Source of the DNA: a virus
Lineage: Duplodnaviria; Caudoviricetes
Strand: one strand, 5' to 3'
IMG/VR virus record: IMGVR_UViG_3300028892_001441
Span: 1 to 24,808 of that record
Length of the DNA: 24,808 bases
Shown: piece by piece, positions 1-7,698 of the stretch
Layout: every line of letters starts with the position of its first letter
Position numbering within the stretch: position 1 is the first letter of the stretch
Position numbers and translations under genes: made by a program
The notes under the pieces: generated by a model
The model's database searches: none
What the model was told of the DNA's origin: nothing
The model's input: the letters and a program-made list of their open reading frames with translations, nothing else

Positions 1-153
1 AAAGTTTTTTTCTCCATCGCAGTGAAATGGTTACCGCCAGCGTCCCAATTCGGCAGCAAAAGGTACAATTTTACGGTGGGGTGCGGGATGGAAAAAAACG
101 CGCCTGCTATATAACGGCGCTGTCCGGGTAAAGTAGCTCTTATAGGAGGACAC

Positions 154-795
154 ATGGGCGATAAAAACCCATTCGGAGGAGGTAGGGCTACGAGTCTTTA
201 CACCCCTATGTCTGACGTTGAACAGGAAGTGGTTTCTCGTCTAGTGGATAGTGGGGACTTACGGGTACACGTCAAGGGGTGGGGGGTCATTGCCGAACCC
301 CAAGTCATCATAGGGGATTTGAGGGTTGCTCTTCACTTTCGGATGACTTTTGATGAGCCACATGTCTCTGAAGTGCCGAAACCCCTCTACTACATAGACT
401 TGGAACTTCGGACGGGGGCGGGTCTCTTACTCTACAAAGAACGCCAACCCACTATCTATGATTTCAAGCCGGTTGAGGTGGCAGCGGGCATGTATTTAGA
501 CATGGTGTGGGAGATGGCTATTCAATCAATGGACCCGGAAGTAGTGAAGACCATTAAACCTGCGGCAACCGGACTCACCTCTCGTTGGCAAGATCGCGAT
601 ACAGGCGAAATGACGATGTTCGGGAACAGCAAGATGAGTAGCGGTTTACGCAATATGCTGGTAAAGATGCGTGAGGGAGAGGCCAAAGTTCGTGCCCTCA
701 CCCTAAAAGAAGCGCGGGACGCGACCGCCTATGCAGAAGGGAAAAAGAAATTGGAACCTTCCCCTACTTTCAAGAAACACCTTCAAAATAAGTAA
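154..795 (+). CDS. hypothetical phage protein (213 aa)
   Basis: Uninterrupted ORF with a strong AGGAGG Shine-Dalgarno just upstream of the ATG; globular-looking composition; no family recognised. Confidence 0.85.
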   Translation: MGDKNPFGGGRATSLYTPMSDVEQEVVSRLVDSGDLRVHVKGWGVIAEPQVIIGDLRVALHFRMTFDEPHVSEVPKPLYYIDLELRTGAGLLLYKERQPTIYDFKPVEVAAGMYLDMVWEMAIQSMDPEVVKTIKPAATGLTSRWQDRDTGEMTMFGNSKMSSGLRNMLVKMREGEAKVRALTLKEARDATAYAEGKKKLEPSPTFKKHLQNK

Positions 796-800
796 ACCCC

Positions 801-968
801 ATGTGCAATTATGACTACATGCCAGGACACCCCTGGTATAGCGATACCCAGCACCCTAAGCGTGTTTCTCATCTGAAAGAAACAAATGCTTTTCACAAAG
901 GCGAAAAAACCCCCGCCCCCTCAAGGGAAAAGGATCAAAACGCTTCTAGGCTGCGTCCGGTCTGCTAA
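801..968 (+). CDS. possible small ORF (55 aa, MCNYDYMPGHPWYSDTQHPKRV...)
   Basis: ATG 5 nt after the previous stop and open to TAA at 966-968. No clear RBS, and the region is also rich in hairpins, so it may be non-coding. Confidence 0.25.
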   Translation: MCNYDYMPGHPWYSDTQHPKRVSHLKETNAFHKGEKTPAPSREKDQNASRLRPVC

Positions 969-1056
969 TCATGATCCCGCAACTCGTATGCCATTGCGGC
1001 GGCAGACAAGATCCAGAGGGAAGTGAAAGGCAATAAAAGCAGTTGTTCAAGCATGG

Positions 1057-1111
1057 GGCTCTCGTAAAACAACCCCGTTTTTTTACGGGGCTTCTGAATA
1101 GGGAAAGAGCC
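1057..1111. terminator. hairpin element between convergent genes (possible terminator)
   Basis: CCCCGT-TTTTTT-ACGGGG perfect hairpin (1073-1090), nested in GGCTCT(1057-1062)/AGAGCC(1106-1111). No classic U-tract after the stem. Confidence 0.35.
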
Positions 1112-1157
1112 TTTCTACTAACTATCCCTATACGCATGTCAAGGGTAGTTTTGGGCT

Positions 1158-1343
1158 TTATCCCGCGTATCCGTCAGAGGCCCAACCGCCGCCTTTAAGA
1201 CTGAAACTGGTTTGGGAAATTTGCTTTTTACACACTTTGGCTTTGCACTTCGGGCAGTCTGCTTCTCGCTCTAAATCCGCGTGCCGACGCAGTTCTTCAA
1301 AACGGTGGCCACACTTGGAACACTTGTACTCATAGAGCGGCAC
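1158..1343 (-). CDS. FmdB-family zinc-ribbon regulatory protein (61 aa)
   Basis: Signature MP(L)YEYxCxxCGHxFE...CPxC...SFxLKGGGWxxDGY. Start reassigned to GTG at 1343, which follows AAAGGAGG. Confidence 0.9.
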   Translation of the reverse strand: MPLYEYKCSKCGHRFEELRRHADLEREADCPKCKAKVCKKQISQTSFSLKGGGWASDGYAG

Positions 1344-1372
1344 ACCACCCTCCTTTGGACTCCCCACTATAC

Positions 1373-1387
1373 CGATAAACTCTTTAT
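1373..1387 (+). promoter_or_regulatory. putative phage late promoter motif CGAT-AAACTC-TTTAT
   Basis: One of five intergenic copies of CGRT-N6-TYTRT; lies 15 nt upstream of the ATG at 1403. Confidence 0.6.
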
Positions 1388-1402
1388 GCAATCTAAAGGG
1401 GT

Positions 1403-3598
1403 ATGAAGACTATCTCCCCTCTCCCTTCTCGCGTGGCCAAGAAGTGGAAGAAACTCCCGAAAGGCTGGACGGACAAGTCTGTGGAGAAATTTTGGGGAAC
1501 GCTGACCGGCACGACCCCGGAGCACAAGGTCTGGGATTGCATCGACAAGATGACGAAACCCTTTGGCGACGGTGCGGGGGCTTTCTGTGGTGGGCTGGCC
1601 GACTGGCAGATGCCAGGATGGAGACAGAAGAACAAGAAAGAATCTCCCGAGGCCAGATCCGATGCCAAATCTTATTGGAAGGGCAAAATGAAGGGAAAGA
1701 AGAAGTCCTGCGCTGACCATGGAGCCTCCTCCCGAATGGCAAGCGCATCTGGACCTGTCACCAAATTCCTCACACGCCTTCGCGGGAAGGGCAAAGGGAC
1801 TTTAAACATCAACGTGCTGGAAGAAGCCCTACCGCTACTGGGGTGGTCGATCCGAAAGACAACGGCGGCCTTCCGGGTGCCCGACAATGAGAACATTGAG
1901 CCCCTTCTTGTCGCGATGCTGAAGCCCGATGGGATGTGGGGCTACCGAGGGACCAAAGAACCCCAGTACATATCCTTCAAATCCCCAGAGAGAGCAGAAC
2001 GCGCCTACAGGATCTTCACGACCAAGGCAACAAAGGGCAAGCCTCCCCCCCATCCCAAGGTGGACGAGATTTACTACCTTGAAGCCATTTACCCAGCGGA
2101 GAGAGGGTGGGGGTCTTTCGGGGGAGAGCAGTCCATTGTCGTCACTGGATGGTGGGTCGGTGTAGAAGCATACGAGGTCACCAACTCGTCGGGTGCGTCT
2201 GTTCTCCTTCCTCTCTCTCCCGATGACCGAGGACGATACCAAGATCCAATCAAGTGGAAGATGGCGAAGTTCTGGACCTGGGCCTACAAAAATGGCATCC
2301 AAGATGACGCAGCCGCATACCTCGACAGCATGGGGGCCGAAGAAGTGGCTCGGGCCACAGCCCCCGCCAGCGCACGGTCCTTGGACGGCACTGGGACGTG
2401 TCCCGCGTGCTTCAATAATGTGAAGCTGCGGCGTGGGGAGCGCATCATGCGGCATGGCTGGCAGGTACAGGGTCAACGCCAATGGGGTTCCTACGGGAAC
2501 ACATGGCACACTGGCCCTTGTTTCGGCACCGGCTATCTTGCTTTTGAGGTGAGCCCTGAAGGGACGAAGGACTATCGTGACCAAGCTGTGATCCCCTACA
2601 AGAAGGGGGTGGAAAGAGAACTCGCCCGCGTGAAGCGGGGTACTGACCCCATCACAGTTGATAAAGGTCGTCGTTGGGAAAAGACACTCCAACCCGGCGA
2701 CTCCGAATATGCCCGGTATCAAGACATCTCTATCAAGCAGGGAACCAAAGCTATCTCTGATCTTGAACAAGATATTCGGACCCTTGACTCTCGGATCACG
2801 GGCTGGAAGACAGCGACCCTCCCTGGAGCACGGAGGGCGAGTTCTGTTCGGGTGGCTTCACTCCACGCTGCCTATGGTGGCAGCCCACTCATGCTTCAAC
2901 CCGACTACGGCACCTCTGATGCAGAGGAGAATGAGCACCTGCTCCAACCTGACCACGATATTTCGGATGCGGCCCTTCCTCGGGGGAAAGAAGCCAAAGC
3001 CCTGACTACGGTGTGGGTGGTAGAAGATCCGACCGAGGACTCAGAGATTATCGATATGCTCTGGGGCACTTCAGATATGCAGACATTCAAGCGAGTGATG
3101 GCTGGGGGTATCCATATCAAGCGCAACTTTACTCTCCATGATGAGAAAAACAGCGCCTATAAGGACGCTGTGTATCGCCTCAATAAGTTGTGGAAAGGTC
3201 AGATTCCTGACTGGGTTATGGCGAATGAGCGGGACGCATTTCGTAAGATGAGTCGCCAAATGATGCGGTGGGATCAGGCCAAATCCCGGTTCCACCAAGA
3301 GTTTGAGGATGAAGCTGCCGCAGTACGGGAACGGGCCAAGAAAGATCTTCTTCGCCCCACCGCTGCTCTCTTTAAAGAGTGGATTCAGAATGGGGGGTAC
3401 AAATTACCTCCTACTGAAACCCCAGAAAAACTCGCCAAAGGGTTCCTCTTGTACCTTTTCAAAGGGGGCAAAATATACAACCCGTGGCTTTTTGATAACT
3501 TCTTCAATATCTACAAACAGAACATGAAGGCTTGGGGTGTGCCAGTACGCACCGCTCACTACATCTTGAATGGCTTGCGAGATGAACGGGTAGGGTAA
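1403..3598 (+). CDS. modular 731-aa protein, putative virion-internal (head) polyprotein
   Basis: Long ORF with AAAGGGG RBS. Lys/Trp-rich N-terminal module with two Cys, central Zn-binding-like GTCPAC...RHGW...HTGPC followed by a coiled coil, LQPDxxxSDA duplication. Segments are punctuated by SRVA/SRMA/SSVRVA tags. Confidence 0.8.
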   Translation: MKTISPLPSRVAKKWKKLPKGWTDKSVEKFWGTLTGTTPEHKVWDCIDKMTKPFGDGAGAFCGGLADWQMPGWRQKNKKESPEARSDAKSYWKGKMKGKKKSCADHGASSRMASASGPVTKFLTRLRGKGKGTLNINVLEEALPLLGWSIRKTTAAFRVPDNENIEPLLVAMLKPDGMWGYRGTKEPQYISFKSPERAERAYRIFTTKATKGKPPPHPKVDEIYYLEAIYPAERGWGSFGGEQSIVVTGWWVGVEAYEVTNSSGASVLLPLSPDDRGRYQDPIKWKMAKFWTWAYKNGIQDDAAAYLDSMGAEEVARATAPASARSLDGTGTCPACFNNVKLRRGERIMRHGWQVQGQRQWGSYGNTWHTGPCFGTGYLAFEVSPEGTKDYRDQAVIPYKKGVERELARVKRGTDPITVDKGRRWEKTLQPGDSEYARYQDISIKQGTKAISDLEQDIRTLDSRITGWKTATLPGARRASSVRVASLHAAYGGSPLMLQPDYGTSDAEENEHLLQPDHDISDAALPRGKEAKALTTVWVVEDPTEDSEIIDMLWGTSDMQTFKRVMAGGIHIKRNFTLHDEKNSAYKDAVYRLNKLWKGQIPDWVMANERDAFRKMSRQMMRWDQAKSRFHQEFEDEAAAVRERAKKDLLRPTAALFKEWIQNGGYKLPPTETPEKLAKGFLLYLFKGGKIYNPWLFDNFFNIYKQNMKAWGVPVRTAHYILNGLRDERVG
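2891..2972 (+). repeat. diverged tandem duplication encoding MLQPDYGTSDA / LLQPDHDISDA
   Basis: Two in-frame copies starting at 2891 and 2939 (48-nt period). Confidence 0.75.
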
Positions 3599-3615
3599 AT
3601 AAACCCCCCTCAAAT

Positions 3616-3801
3616 GTGGAGAAAACTTTGTTTGATGTTCGCGTGCAGAAACAAGCGGTAGAGGCGTGGGTTCAAAAACAAGTTGAGTTACCGAGCCGGA
3701 AAGAAACCCGGCAGAAATTTCCAAAAGTTCCCCAAAGAATTATTCGTACCGTCTTGCAGTCATTACGAGACAAAGGCTCCAACGGTGCGGCTCCCGACTA
3801 G
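3616..3801 (+). CDS. small basic hypothetical protein (61 aa)
   Basis: GTG-start ORF at the head of a tightly packed + strand cluster; no clear RBS. Confidence 0.5.
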   Translation: MEKTLFDVRVQKQAVEAWVQKQVELPSRKETRQKFPKVPQRIIRTVLQSLRDKGSNGAAPD

Positions 3802-3946
3802 AGAAACCCCCATCCGACAGGATTGGTGGGGAGTAGCTAAAGTTGTCATTGGAATTGTGCTTGTGATTGGGCTTACGCTAATTCCCTACTGCATGGATTC
3901 CTTAGAAGATAGTCCTGCCTCTCCCGAAAAGGAGGGGGGTCAATAA
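3785..3946 (+). CDS. small membrane protein
   Basis: Single hydrophobic segment WWGVAKVVIGIVLVIGLTLIPYC. Start uncertain (GTG 3785 chosen; frame open from 3683). Confidence 0.5.
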   Translation: MRLPTRETPIRQDWWGVAKVVIGIVLVIGLTLIPYCMDSLEDSPASPEKEGGQ

Positions 3947-3967
3947 ATTTTATTTCCAGTAAAGACG

Positions 3968-4183
3968 GTGATCCCGCACGATGCTGAGATGGTCATGCAG
4001 ATTTTATTGGAAATGGAAGAAGTAGAAAGTTTGGTTCGGGAAGCGATGGGTAATCGTGGGACGCAAGTCCCTGATAAGGCTCTTATGCGGATTCGCCAGA
4101 ACCATAAGAAAGGGACAATCCGGTTGGTTTTTACCACTCCTGAAAAAAATGGGGTTCCCGACCCCCCCTCTTCCCGTAAGTAA
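3968..4183 (+). CDS. hypothetical protein (71 aa)
   Basis: GTG-start ORF filling the gap in the + strand cluster; amphipathic helix followed by a beta-like segment. Confidence 0.55.
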   Translation: MIPHDAEMVMQILLEMEEVESLVREAMGNRGTQVPDKALMRIRQNHKKGTIRLVFTTPEKNGVPDPPSSRK

Positions 4184-4208
4184 GCCAACCAAGCAAAAAG
4201 GTGGTGCC

Positions 4209-4766
4209 ATGATAGTGCTGAATCCCTTTGTGAAAAGGCAAACCGCTGATAGCCGGTTTTCCCACTTCACAGGAACCGACGATGAACTCGTCAGCCTTAC
4301 TGAAGCGGCCTTCGCAGAAGGTACGCAAGGCTACCGTGAAGGAGTGCTGGAGATTCCTGTGAAGATTCTTCCCGGCACCTTCTATTCCGGCGTGGTGCGC
4401 TTGGAGGCAGGGGATGCTTTGGCGGGTTCCTACGAAGCCCGTAAGGAAGGGGAAACCCCTCGCAAGACAGTCATGGCTCAAGGACGACAAAAGCTGGAGG
4501 CTGTGAGTGTCAACGTCATCGTGTATGCCTCTACCGTCTTGGCTGAGAGTGAGGAAAACACTCTCCCTGCGGAGGAAGGCAACTACGAAATCGTCAGCAT
4601 CAACGCCAACCCGTTCGATGAAGATATGCCCATTGATCCCCACACCCTCATGCACAACCACTTCGGGAGCGATGGTGGAACGGCTACCGGGTTGGAGGAT
4701 TCAGAATTTGTAGCGATGCTGCGTCAGTCTTTTGAGGCATGGCGAGACAAAGCCATGTGCGGATAA
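4209..4766 (+). CDS. DUF3228-like protein (185 aa)
   Basis: Motif order GY..., SYEARxxGE.P, VxVIVY, YEIVSINA, MPIDPHTLMHNHFGxxGGT and terminal SFxxW resembles DUF3228 as recalled. Start reassigned to ATG 4209 after AAAGGTGG. Confidence 0.7.
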   Translation: MIVLNPFVKRQTADSRFSHFTGTDDELVSLTEAAFAEGTQGYREGVLEIPVKILPGTFYSGVVRLEAGDALAGSYEARKEGETPRKTVMAQGRQKLEAVSVNVIVYASTVLAESEENTLPAEEGNYEIVSINANPFDEDMPIDPHTLMHNHFGSDGGTATGLEDSEFVAMLRQSFEAWRDKAMCG

Positions 4767-4782
4767 CCACAGGAGGTCTAAA

Positions 4783-5034
4783 ATGGCTGTTCTTGGCCCG
4801 AATGGGCGTTTTGCAGATGGCACCTCTCCCTATGAGGGAGAGACTGACGAGGAAATCCGTGAATCCATGAAGCAGGGCCGCTTCAAGGGTGGTGCGAAAG
4901 CCGTTCGCATTAGCGGGGGCTTCTTCACCGGCTCCAAGAAGGGGGATGACAATCTTCGCGACTTCTTGGGGAGCATCGGTGCATTGGGGGGTTTGGCCAA
5001 GGAAGAATACGAGGCCAACAAGAAGGGCGAGTGA
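4783..5034 (+). CDS. hypothetical Gly-rich protein (83 aa)
   Basis: AGGAGG RBS at 4771-4776 ahead of ATG 4783. Confidence 0.75.
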   Translation: MAVLGPNGRFADGTSPYEGETDEEIRESMKQGRFKGGAKAVRISGGFFTGSKKGDDNLRDFLGSIGALGGLAKEEYEANKKGE

Positions 5035-5216
5035 AAGAAGACCAAGTAAAGGGAACGAACGGGTGCAATTGGAGTGCCGACGTAAACAGGCGGTATCTCA
5101 ATTCCCTATCCCTCGGCCCTCACGGGAGAAAAGGCAGTAGTTCCCCCCACTCAGCATCGAGCAGGGAGGCATGTCGGTGGTCGCATAGATGCCTCACCCC
5201 TATGGGAAACCCATGA
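5031..5216 (+). CDS. hypothetical protein (61 aa)
   Basis: Coupled by a GTGA overlap upstream and an ATGA overlap downstream. Confidence 0.5.
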   Translation: MKEDQVKGTNGCNWSADVNRRYLNSLSLGPHGRKGSSSPHSASSREACRWSHRCLTPMGNP

Positions 5217-6121
5217 GCAATTTCTTTGTGGTTCAATATGCCTGTGTAGATGCTTCTTACGAGGTGTCACCTGACATGGTGTATGCCTCTCCCCAAGAGT
5301 TCATGGAAGCCCATGACGTGATCTTAGTGGAGGGAGAACACCGTACTTGGACCCGTGAATCAGGAGAAGTGGTCTTGGAGCCGCGCCCTATTATGGCGGT
5401 GCCCAGATTGAATCAAAAGAGTTTGCGGCATTACGTGATGGGGATCGTGGATTGTCATATTGTCACGTCTGCTCAAATGGACCCCTCCCAAGTATCTCTC
5501 TCGTTTATGCCCGTCATGTTCGGGGCGTTGCACCCTTCTGCTGAAATACGTGTGGAAATGATGGGGTCCGAGTCCCCTCCTGAACCCCCCCAACCCCCTG
5601 AAGAACCGAAAGCCCCTGCTTATCCTTCATGTCGGGAAAAGCCTTCCCTTCCTTCTTTGGTGGCCTCTGACAGAGACATGCGCTTGAAATGGGAGTGGGA
5701 CGATATCGAGGAAGAAGAGTGGAAAGCACACTTGAAGGACATTGAGGATCAGAATGAAAAGCTGCGGGACGAGTACGACAAAGCCCTAGAAAAATGGGAA
5801 GCCCACGAAGTAGGCATCGCTACCATGCGCCAAGAATATGCCGATGTTGTGGCAGCGTGGGAAACTACCGTAAAGGATTGGGAAACACAGGATGTTCAAG
5901 TTGCTGCTGCCGAGTGGGTAGAACGACATGATCGTATTTTCTCTCTGTGGGGGAGAGATATGGGCACTCTTGCGGGGGATGTTCGGGAAGGAACCTTCCC
6001 TCGTTGTATAAACGGACACCCTTTGTTTTATGCGTGCAACATCATCCACCCGAAGGATTGGGAGCGTATTCGGGGGGCCGTCGATAAAGAAGGCGCTCGA
6101 CGCAAAGAAGCGGTTGTCTGA
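5213..6121 (+). CDS. hypothetical protein with Pro-rich linker and acidic Trp-rich coiled coil
   Basis: Long ORF; ATGA overlap supports start 5213; contains PPEPPQPPEEPKAP followed by about 90 aa of E/K/W-rich helix. Confidence 0.8.
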   Translation: MSNFFVVQYACVDASYEVSPDMVYASPQEFMEAHDVILVEGEHRTWTRESGEVVLEPRPIMAVPRLNQKSLRHYVMGIVDCHIVTSAQMDPSQVSLSFMPVMFGALHPSAEIRVEMMGSESPPEPPQPPEEPKAPAYPSCREKPSLPSLVASDRDMRLKWEWDDIEEEEWKAHLKDIEDQNEKLRDEYDKALEKWEAHEVGIATMRQEYADVVAAWETTVKDWETQDVQVAAAEWVERHDRIFSLWGRDMGTLAGDVREGTFPRCINGHPLFYACNIIHPKDWERIRGAVDKEGARRKEAVV

Positions 6122-6400
6122 TCAGTCACCGTTCAGTGCTTTCTTGAGGGCCTTCCCGCATCGGAAAATAGGAATGTGTCGCGGGGGTACTTCAATGACG
6201 GCCCCAGTACGGGGATTCTTTCCAGTAAATCCCTTGCGGCGAGATACGGTAAAAGTACCGAAATCCGAAATGACTACTTTCTCCCCCTCTTTCAAAGCAT
6301 CCCCTATTAATTGAAACAGGATGTTGAGATAAGAGTGGGCACGGACCTTCGGGATGCCCGCTTTACTGGCAAATTGATCTGTGAGATCGGATTTATTCAT
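6122..6400 (-). CDS. hup: HU family histone-like DNA-binding protein
   Basis: MNKSDL...GEKVVISDFGTFTVSRRKGFTGKNPRTG...PIFRCGKALKKALN is the canonical HU/IHF pattern; 92 aa. Confidence 0.95.
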   Translation of the reverse strand: MNKSDLTDQFASKAGIPKVRAHSYLNILFQLIGDALKEGEKVVISDFGTFTVSRRKGFTGKNPRTGAVIEVPPRHIPIFRCGKALKKALNGD

Positions 6401-6463
6401 GATTACACCGTAAAAGGCAGTGAGGGATGCACCCTCCTTTCAGAATAGAAAAGCTATGGAAGG

Positions 6464-6536
6464 CTGGGGCGGGTGGAGTCGAACCACCAACCTTCGGGGT
6501 AACAACCCGATGCGCTGCCAATTGCGCTACACCCCA
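6464..6536 (-). tRNA. trnN: tRNA-Asn (anticodon GTT)
   Basis: Cloverleaf: acceptor TGGGGTG/CGCCCCA, D arm GCGC-AATTGGCA-GCGC, anticodon arm TCGGG-TTGTTAC-CCCGA, T arm GGTGG-TTCGACT-CCACC, discriminator G. Followed by CCT rather than CCA. Confidence 0.95.
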
Positions 6537-6595
6537 TCATTCTCTTCCAGTGCTTATTCTCTATTCTATGGTGTGCAACCAAGAAGAACCCTCAC

Positions 6596-6610
6596 CGATA
6601 AGGCGTTTAT
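6596..6610 (+). promoter_or_regulatory. putative phage late promoter motif CGAT-AAGGCG-TTTAT
   Basis: Copy of CGRT-N6-TYTRT upstream of ORF 6648. Confidence 0.6.
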
Positions 6611-6647
6611 AGCTTGGTGAAGTATAGGGGTTGGAGGGTGTCTCTTT

Positions 6648-7121
6648 ATGGAGCCTTGTACGCTCACGGCTGGCGACATATCCCTGCTGGTGCAGGAACA
6701 GATACTCCCCCCAAATAAAGATGGGGTGTGGGTGTCTGAATGGCCCACTGAATGCCAACTTAAAGAAGGCACTATCATCAGGATTCCCTACAATCCTGAT
6801 GAGATTGCCTCTTTGGTATGGGATCGCACCGAAACCGTAGTTGAAGAAACCATAGAAAACACACCCATAAACGAAAGTTCGCTTTTACCCCTTGTTCTAC
6901 CGGATCTCTCTCAAGCGACGGATACCGGAGAAGATTCTGAACCTCTTACTAAGGAGATCCCCATGCCTGAAGACCAGACTGCGGAAAACACTGAATTAAA
7001 TGCCCATGAAGTTCAACCATCTGACCCCTCGGGGGGTTTGGCAGGAGAACTCACTGCCCTTGCTCAAAGCACCGGAGCAGATCCAACCTTGACCATCATC
7101 ATTGTTCCTGTGGAAAGCTAA
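6648..7121 (+). CDS. acidic hypothetical protein (157 aa), possibly C-terminally truncated
   Basis: GGAGG RBS; small N-terminal domain followed by an acidic low-complexity region; second in-frame AAGGAG-ATG at 6963. Confidence 0.7.
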   Translation: MEPCTLTAGDISLLVQEQILPPNKDGVWVSEWPTECQLKEGTIIRIPYNPDEIASLVWDRTETVVEETIENTPINESSLLPLVLPDLSQATDTGEDSEPLTKEIPMPEDQTAENTELNAHEVQPSDPSGGLAGELTALAQSTGADPTLTIIIVPVES

Positions 7122-7242
7122 AAAGAAATAGTCGTCCAATAGCTGTGGGAGGGCGTAGAAGGGGAGAACACCATGAAACTCGGTATTTGGCACGAAGCCA
7201 TTGTCGGCACCCCCGGTAAGGGGAGTTTAATAGTGGCCATCG

Positions 7243-7698
7243 CTACCTCCGCTTGTCATACCGAACAGCCACTCTAACGGCAGAGGCATCTCGGATAAGT
7301 TTGGCTTTCCTCGGATCAAAGAGGACGAGCCCATCAGCCACCTTGTCGCTAATTACCCCGTCATACCCAAGGTCTTTCGCTGAGTTAGTCACAACCGAAG
7401 CGTACATAGGCGAGTCAGAATACTGATGAGGCTGGAATCCCATTTCTGCTTTGATCTCAGCCATCTCTTTGCTTTGAGCATCCAACAACTTGAGATTAGA
7501 AGGAAGTGAGTAGGCAAACACTTCCCCCCCGCTCCTTTCGGCAAAGAATCGGGCCATTCCTTCATCCCAAGTCAGGTACAAACCTCTTCCGAGGGCACCC
7601 AAACCTGACCCACCCCCAGGGCCAGATCCTTTGGCACCCCGATAGAAGATGCCTTTGTTCCTCCCGTGCAGGGAGCGGTAAAACCTCGCCTCACTCAT
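7243..7698 (-). CDS. ADP-ribosyltransferase-like protein (similar to ART domains of phage polyvalent proteins)
   Basis: FYRG strand, GxLGRGLYLT, A..FA, LKLLD, GYDGVI and LVLFDP in ART order. The usual catalytic Glu before the last strand is not evident. Confidence 0.7.
   Translation of the reverse strand: MSEARFYRSLHGRNKGIFYRGAKGSGPGGGSGLGALGRGLYLTWDEGMARFFAERSGGEVFAYSLPSNLKLLDAQSKEMAEIKAEMGFQPHQYSDSPMYASVVTNSAKDLGYDGVISDKVADGLVLFDPRKAKLIRDASAVRVAVRYDKRR

Noticed and set aside
1835-2770. 311-aa minus-strand ORF
   Set aside because: Entirely antisense to the 731-aa gene, no recognisable motifs or RBS; typical shadow ORF.
6420-6620. Short ORFs over the tRNA
   Set aside because: The region is better explained by the tRNA-Asn cloverleaf.
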